Part shown: positions 54,985-59,361 of the stretch, piece after piece | How the letters are laid out: every line of letters begins with the position of its first letter | Position numbering within the stretch: position 1 is the first letter of the stretch | UHGV virus genome: UHGV-0259576 | From: a virus | DNA length: 59,361 bases | Direction: 5' to 3' (one strand) | Program-made: the position numbers and the translations under genes | The notes under the pieces: model-generated | The model's database searches: none | The model's input: the letters and a program-made list of their open reading frames with translations, nothing else | Told to the model about the DNA's origin: nothing

Positions 54985-56076
54985 TCACACCTCGTCGTCG
55001 TCTTCCAGCTGCGCGTCGACCTCAACCGTGATGTCCATCTTATCGCGGAAGACGTCAATGACGTCCTGCAGCGACAGCACCGTCTGGAACAGGTTGGCCA
55101 TGTAGGTCAGGAACGTACCGCTGTCATTGTTGTAGCGCTCCAGGGTGGCCTCGTAATTGGCGTCAACGTCAGCCTCGCCGATATGGATCCCGGAGATGAT
55201 CGCCTTGTCGGTCAGGCGGAAGAACACGTTGCCCACGCCCGGGCGCATCTCGCCTTCGTCGATTCGCATGTTCAGCGCCCGAACCGTGTAATGCCGCGCC
55301 AGGTAGTCGAGGACCACTTCGTCCTTGTGGATGTCAATGTCCTTGAACTTCACGTCATCGCCATCGTCGTGCTTGATGTGGATGAAGTCGTCGCCGGTGA
55401 CACCCTCGATGTCGCCGCGTACGACCTTCTCCATTGACTGACGCAGCACGAAGTCATTGATCAGCAGGTGTTCCACTGGCCAGGTACCGAACGCGGCACG
55501 CAGCAGGGAGTTAATCTCTTCGGCGGTCTTGGCGCTGGTGGTGAACACGTAGACGTACGGGACGGCGATGATCACGTTGTAGCGGGTTGGGCGGATAGGC
55601 GCGGTTTTCAGCATTTCGGCTTCAACATCGTCTTTCAGCTGCGCCCAGTCTTTCCGGGTCGGCTCCCAGCCTTCAATCTCTTTCTCGCGCCAGGTGTCCA
55701 TACGCTTCGTCACTTCGTTGCGCACGCTGACGCCGGGCAGCACGCGTTCACGCTTTTCGGCCTGCAGCACGATCGCGTTGGTACCGGGGATGCCCATGGC
55801 GAACTTGCCGCCCACGTAGTCCGCGTACGGCGCAAAGCCAATCGTCTTATAGCCGATCGGGTCTTTCACTTCGTGCTTCGCCAGCAGGTCGCTCACACGG
55901 CCGGCGGCGAATTCATGGACCGACATTTCATCCAGATTCGGCGTGTTCAGCAGCGTGCGGTGGAAACTTTTTACCGACTTCTCGCCAGCGTTTGCGGCGC
56001 CAAAGAGCGCGCCGAGATGCAGAATGATGACTTTCTCAAAGCCTTTAACTTTCATTGGGGTTATCTCCGTTTGCAA
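54985..56076 (-). CDS. rdgC: RdgC-like recombination-associated protein (363 aa); C-terminus ...LEDDDEV
   Basis: By-eye similarity to E. coli RdgC over its length (e.g. ...IVLQAEKRERVLPGVSVRNEV vs ...[21 protein letters not shown]). Size fits. Confidence 0.55.
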   Translation of the reverse strand: MQTEITPMKVKGFEKVIILHLGALFGAANAGEKSVKSFHRTLLNTPNLDEMSVHEFAAGRVSDLLAKHEVKDPIGYKTIGFAPYADYVGGKFAMGIPGTNAIVLQAEKRERVLPGVSVRNEVTKRMDTWREKEIEGWEPTRKDWAQLKDDVEAEMLKTAPIRPTRYNVIIAVPYVYVFTTSAKTAEEINSLLRAAFGTWPVEHLLINDFVLRQSMEKVVRGDIEGVTGDDFIHIKHDDGDDVKFKDIDIHKDEVVLDYLARHYTVRALNMRIDEGEMRPGVGNVFFRLTDKAIISGIHIGEADVDANYEATLERYNNDSGTFLTYMANLFQTVLSLQDVIDVFRDKMDITVEVDAQLEDDDEV

Positions 56077-56377
56077 ACAGATTCAGGAATGGCGCACGCA
56101 CAAGAGCGGCGGTTAGATGGGCCAGCAGCACACGGTTCGTCTCCCGGGCGCTACGCAGGTCTGCCGCCATTTCGGCGTACTCTTTATCGACTTTGACAAA
56201 GGCGCCTTCGTCAGCGTTAGGGTCGATCACCGTGTTGCCGAGGACTTCGGTATACACCCGGGTAGCTTCATCCTCGATGTCGGCAATAATGCTGTTCAGG
56301 ATAGCGATCTTACTGCGTACCTGGTCGAGCCGGTCGGCTCGGGTCTTCGCGTACGCCTGCAGTAATTCGGTATTCAT
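56045..56377 (-). CDS. hypothetical protein (110 aa)
   Basis: ORF overlapping its neighbours. Confidence 0.5.
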   Translation of the reverse strand: MNTELLQAYAKTRADRLDQVRSKIAILNSIIADIEDEATRVYTEVLGNTVIDPNADEGAFVKVDKEYAEMAADLRSARETNRVLLAHLTAALVRAPFLNLFANGDNPNES

Positions 56378-56688
56378 CCGCGTGCTCTCTTTTCGTTACG
56401 GCGGCGCTGGCGGTCTTCCTTACGCTTCTCCACCTGTGCATTCCAGCGGTCGCGTTCCTCTGCCTCCGCCCAGTGTTTACGCCAGCGTTCTTCCCGTTCG
56501 CCAAGCGCTTTACTGACCGCACCGTCGATAACTTCCATGGCCCGGACCAGCTCGTCTTCCGTCATCTCGGCAGCGGAGCACTTCCCGATCTCCGTCTGCA
56601 GCAAACGGACAACGGCAGAGATGCCGATCGCGTCGATGGCGATACGCGCCTTTTGCGCATACAGTAGTCTTTGGTTAACCTGCATCAT
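56374..56688 (-). CDS. hypothetical protein with highly charged C-terminus (104 aa)
   Basis: ORF with ATGA overlap to the next gene. Confidence 0.5.
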   Translation of the reverse strand: MMQVNQRLLYAQKARIAIDAIGISAVVRLLQTEIGKCSAAEMTEDELVRAMEVIDGAVSKALGEREERWRKHWAEAEERDRWNAQVEKRKEDRQRRRNEKRARG

Positions 56689-56921
56689 TTCGCCCCCGTT
56701 GTCAGGACGACATAAAGGACCGCCACGCAGGCGACCAGCTCGATCAGTACCATGAACAGGATGGACGCCAGCAGCAGTTTCGCAAATGACGGCAGGTACG
56801 GCGTCAGGCGTATGCGAGCATGACCGTCAAGCGCTTTATGCTTCATTGGACGTCGATTGCGTTTGGTCCAGCGGCGCGCCCAGTTTTCTCCGCGGCGGCG
56901 GGATAAGCTATCAAGCGACAT
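56685..56921 (-). CDS. small membrane protein (78 aa)
   Basis: C-terminal TM segments LLLASILFMVLIELVACVAVLYVVL. Confidence 0.45.
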   Translation of the reverse strand: MSLDSLSRRRGENWARRWTKRNRRPMKHKALDGHARIRLTPYLPSFAKLLLASILFMVLIELVACVAVLYVVLTTGAK

Positions 56922-56933
56922 GGGGTTTCCTTC

Positions 56934-57278
56934 TTAGTGTTTTTCGCCAGCAATGTCAGCCAGTACGGCTGCGACTTCCGGCGTGGGCATGTGGGTATTG
57001 GCCCAGTACAGCAGCCCGATGATGTAGTGGATCATCTGGCCGACCTCTGCGGCGCCGCGCGCTTTTCCGCCTTTGGCTTTCGCATAATCGCCTTCGCTGA
57101 ACAGCACTTTGCCGGTACCGCGGTAGCCAACAATGGCCGAACCGGTATGCGTGACATAGATGGCCACCGCATATTTGTCTTCCAGGGAGCGGAACGCCGG
57201 GCCAGCGTCGAGTCGTTTGCGCGGCGCCGCAACGCGGTTCACCGCCAGCGCGACATTACTCGGTGTCGGGTTTTCCAT
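56934..57278 (-). CDS. hypothetical protein (114 aa)
   Basis: ORF. GAGAGG-type SD upstream. Confidence 0.5.
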   Translation of the reverse strand: MENPTPSNVALAVNRVAAPRKRLDAGPAFRSLEDKYAVAIYVTHTGSAIVGYRGTGKVLFSEGDYAKAKGGKARGAAEVGQMIHYIIGLLYWANTHMPTPEVAAVLADIAGEKH

Positions 57279-57705
57279 TGAGAGGCTCTCCGTTCAGGGT
57301 GTAGATGACGACGCCCGGCACGCTGACGTCGATCGACAGCGATGGCACAAAGCCGGACATAACGTTCTGCGGGGTGATGGTGGCGCGTTTCAGGCCGTTC
57401 TCGTACATGATGTTCGCGATGCCTGCCATGACGGACTTCTCCATGAGGTTCAGGGTCGTCTCTTCGCGCATCTCCAGTAGCAGTTCCAGTTCGGCGGCGC
57501 GGTCAGGGATATCGAACGCCCGCTGCAGCGCAGCAATCAGCACAATGGCGTCATCACGGGTAAGGCGGCTGATAGCGTCAATATCGCCATTCGGGCTTTC
57601 GACCCTGATGGACCCGCGCTGTTCATCGTAGCCATACTGACGGGAAACCGTGGCTTCACGGCCATCGCTAAGGTCAAGTTCTTCGAATGCTTCTGCTGTG
57701 GTCAT
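57256..57705 (-). CDS. hypothetical protein (149 aa)
   Basis: ORF. GGAGACACC-ATG. Confidence 0.5.
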   Translation of the reverse strand: MTTAEAFEELDLSDGREATVSRQYGYDEQRGSIRVESPNGDIDAISRLTRDDAIVLIAALQRAFDIPDRAAELELLLEMREETTLNLMEKSVMAGIANIMYENGLKRATITPQNVMSGFVPSLSIDVSVPGVVIYTLNGEPLNGKPDTE

Positions 57706-57764
57706 GTGGTGTCTCCGGGGGAAAAGGGTGGTACGGCAAAAAAGAGGTGCCGCGTCCTACAGGA

Positions 57765-58142
57765 TTAAACTTCGTCGTCTTCCTGGGTGCCGGCGCCATC
57801 ATCAACGCGCTTGATCGCCACCTGGATAAACGCACGGCCCGACGGGTACATGACCAGCGCCGTTTCCAGTGAGAACTGACTATTGCAGGCCCGTTTGGCG
57901 TTACGCAGGGAAGACGACACGCCGTTACGCATTTTGTAGCGCAGCGCCGTGGCTTCGGTCTGCAGGTCCGCCAGCGCCTTGCTGCTGTCCAGCTCCTGCG
58001 CATAAACGTAGACCTCGCCAGGCTTGAGGCCGATCAGGTTGCCAGTGATACTGTTAGCCCGGATACCTGACGGCAGTTCCACGTCCGTCTCCATGGTCAT
58101 CATGGCCGGCGTCAGGTCATCCAGGATAATCGCGTCGTTCAT
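57765..58142 (-). CDS. hypothetical protein (125 aa); C-terminus ...QEDDEV
   Basis: First gene after conserved promoter copy A. GGAGAATACCG-ATG. Confidence 0.55.
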   Translation of the reverse strand: MNDAIILDDLTPAMMTMETDVELPSGIRANSITGNLIGLKPGEVYVYAQELDSSKALADLQTEATALRYKMRNGVSSSLRNAKRACNSQFSLETALVMYPSGRAFIQVAIKRVDDGAGTQEDDEV

Positions 58143-58182
58143 CGGTATTCTCCGTCGTTAAATTTGCGTATCTGTCACGCTG

Positions 58183-58211
58183 AAAGATAGTTGCATACGT
58201 TCCGTGTGTCA
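58183..58211 (-). promoter_or_regulatory. conserved leftward promoter/operator copy A (TTGACA-N17-TATCTT; dyad CACACGGAACGTATG)
   Basis: Same ~32-bp element as at 46928, 49280 and 54355. Confidence 0.55.
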
Positions 58212-58224
58212 ATCGTTTTCACTG

Positions 58225-58500
58225 AACGACAACCTGCCAGCTTTTTCAAGTAAGAAATTTCAGCCGGCTAACTTTTTGAAGTAAGACCCGAACCGTTATG
58301 GCGCCGGCCATGGTTATTATGGGATGGCCACCGTGGCGCCGCAGGAATTTTACCTCGAGGATTGCCGGGCATGGCCACCGGTCAGGCCCATGGCGCCGAC
58401 CTGGCTGGCGCGGCCCGCCGCCGGGTTTCAGCCTGCCAGCTTTTTCAAGTAAGCGCGCACCGCTAAAAATTTTCAGCCCGCTAGGTTTGCCAAGTAAGGA
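58225..58500. repeat. repeat-rich non-coding region: two copies of a ~60-bp unit (CCTGCCAGCTTTTTCAAGTAAG ... AAATTTTCAGCC(G/C)GCTA ... TTGAAG/CCAAGTAAG) flanking a ~150-bp GC-rich inverted-repeat island
   Basis: 17-mer CAGCTTTTTCAAGTAAG at 58236 and 58436. Related 12-mers (TTGAAGTAAGAC at 58277-58288, TGCCAAGTAAGG at 58487-58498). GGCGCCGGCCATGG / CCATGGCGCCGACC inverted repeats and ATGGCCACCG direct repeats in the core 58290-58440. Confidence 0.6.
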
Positions 58501-58695
58501 AGTCCAAAATTTTTATAGAAAATCCGGATTTCGGCGTCACCATGGATCCCGAAAAAGGTGCGATTTTTGTAAACCATTGATTTTATCGGTTTCGCGGGGA
58601 TGGCGCCGATGGGGCGGAAAGGCCCGCAAGCCAGGCGTGGCGCGGGTTGCAGGGGTATAGATCCCCGTTGGGTGACGGCGTGGCGGCGCGCCCTG

Positions 58696-58798
58696 GGGTG
58701 ACGCGGAAAGCAAAAATGAAATAAATCCGGTTAAAGGGGTTGCACACGGAATGAGTGCATATTATGTTTATCGGACCCGGCGGGGAAACGCAGACAAC
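58696..58798 (+). repeat. copy 2 of duplicated ~100-bp promoter/leader block
   Basis: See 2346..2448. Confidence 0.75.
58740..58768 (+). promoter_or_regulatory. sigma70-like early promoter copy 2 (TTGCAC-N17-TATGTT; dyad TGCACacggaatgaGTGCA)
   Basis: Same spacing and hexamers as 2389-2417. Confidence 0.5.
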
Positions 58799-58822
58799 GA
58801 AACAACATAAACGAGGTACACA

Positions 58823-59080
58823 ATGGAAAGAGTCTATAACACCCTTAAAGGCGAAACGCTGCAACACTGGTTGACCATCGTTATCAAGCGCGACGAAAAC
58901 GGCGACGCCACCGTGACAACTAACAGCACGATCCACGTTAACAAGGTGCATCCGGTTAGCTTTTCGTGGGGTCCGGAATACTCGGACGCGGATATTTTGA
59001 ACGACAACGATCTGCTGCGTGTTGTGTATCAGCGTTTCGGGCGTGAGATTTTCACCGCCGATCATACTCGTAAATTTTAA
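58823..59080 (+). CDS. hypothetical early protein (85 aa)
   Basis: AACGAGG SD, identical context to gene 2465. Confidence 0.55.
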   Translation: MERVYNTLKGETLQHWLTIVIKRDENGDATVTTNSTIHVNKVHPVSFSWGPEYSDADILNDNDLLRVVYQRFGREIFTADHTRKF

Positions 59081-59093
59081 GGGAGGTACGATC

Positions 59094-59361
59094 ATGCAAA
59101 CTATCACGACTAAATATGTATGTTCTGCCCAGGGCCAAGGCCGTGTTAGCGTTATTACCCAGTACGGAAATAAACGCGTGCTGTGGGATGACGCTTTGAA
59201 CAGTGAACAGAATCACCGCGCCGCCGTTGAAAAAGTGATCGCCGGCATTAACGCCGCCCGGGGGCTGCGATTCCATGTTGTTAACAGCGCGCCGTTACCC
59301 AATTCAAGCGGATGGGCATTCATGATTGACCGTGTCCCGGAGGTCGCGCCGCTGCAAATGT
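59094..59361 (+). CDS. hypothetical early protein, N-terminal part (3'-truncated by window end; continues in frame into 1..272)
   Basis: GGGAGG SD. No stop before the window end. One leftover nt plus nts 1-2 keep the frame of the 5'-end ORF. Confidence 0.5.
   Translation, partial: MQTITTKYVCSAQGQGRVSVITQYGNKRVLWDDALNSEQNHRAAVEKVIAGINAARGLRFHVVNSAPLPNSSGWAFMIDRVPEVAPLQM

Noticed and set aside
1-59361. Integrase, CI-like repressor, tRNA genes, attachment sites
   Set aside because: None recognised by eye on either strand. No tyrosine/serine recombinase-like ORF, no cloverleaf-like tRNA candidates noticed. tRNAs cannot be fully excluded without tRNAscan-SE or ARAGORN.

Overview
The window reads as a complete or near-complete ~59 kb dsDNA tailed-phage genome of enterobacterial type, with no integrase or CI-like repressor visible. 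The last ORF (59094..59361) continues in frame into the first ORF (1..272), so the sequence is probably a circular or circularly permuted assembly opened inside a gene. Genes fall into four transcriptional arms: (i) a rightward early block of small unknown genes that wraps from 58823 through the junction to ~4035, driven by a ~100-bp promoter/leader block present in two copies; (ii) a leftward Cro/YdaS-like regulator plus prim-pol/SF3 helicase (5186..8055); (iii) a long rightward arm from a divergent control region at 8055-8285 through replication genes (acidic protein, DUF2800 Cas4-like nuclease, DUF2815 SSB-like, family-A DNA polymerase, VRR-NUC, SNF2 helicase), lambda-like packaging and head genes (small terminase-like, GpA-type terminase, W, portal, S49 protease/scaffold, D, E, FII, Z, U, V, G/G-T, tape measure), a non-lambda tail tip (929-aa protein, DUF2163-like, 761-aa protein, DUF2793-like, 1261-aa tailspike with C-terminal S74 chaperone) and lysis genes (two holin-like, GH108 endolysin, separate i-/o-spanins), ending at a bidirectional terminator at ~43.55 kb; (iv) a leftward accessory block (43567..58142) with Dam-type N6A-MTase, a twice-frameshifted C5-MTase, DnaQ-like exonuclease, RdgC-like protein, DUF4406 and many unknown genes, split into four units by four near-identical operator-containing promoters. 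Main non-obvious observations: a shared acidic C-terminal -[DE]n-V tail on at least nine proteins from all arms; four near-identical leftward promoters each with a palindromic operator in the spacer; an iteron/AT-rich origin-like region in a 1.1-kb non-coding stretch (4040-5185); a GC-rich inverted-repeat island flanked by repeated 17-mers (58225-58500) that could be cos/pac or ori; the C5-MTase read across two frames; a G-T -1 frameshift site A_AAA_AAG at 25830-25836; and a nested Nu3-like scaffold start inside the protease gene. All family assignments were made by eye against remembered family motifs. No searches were run.
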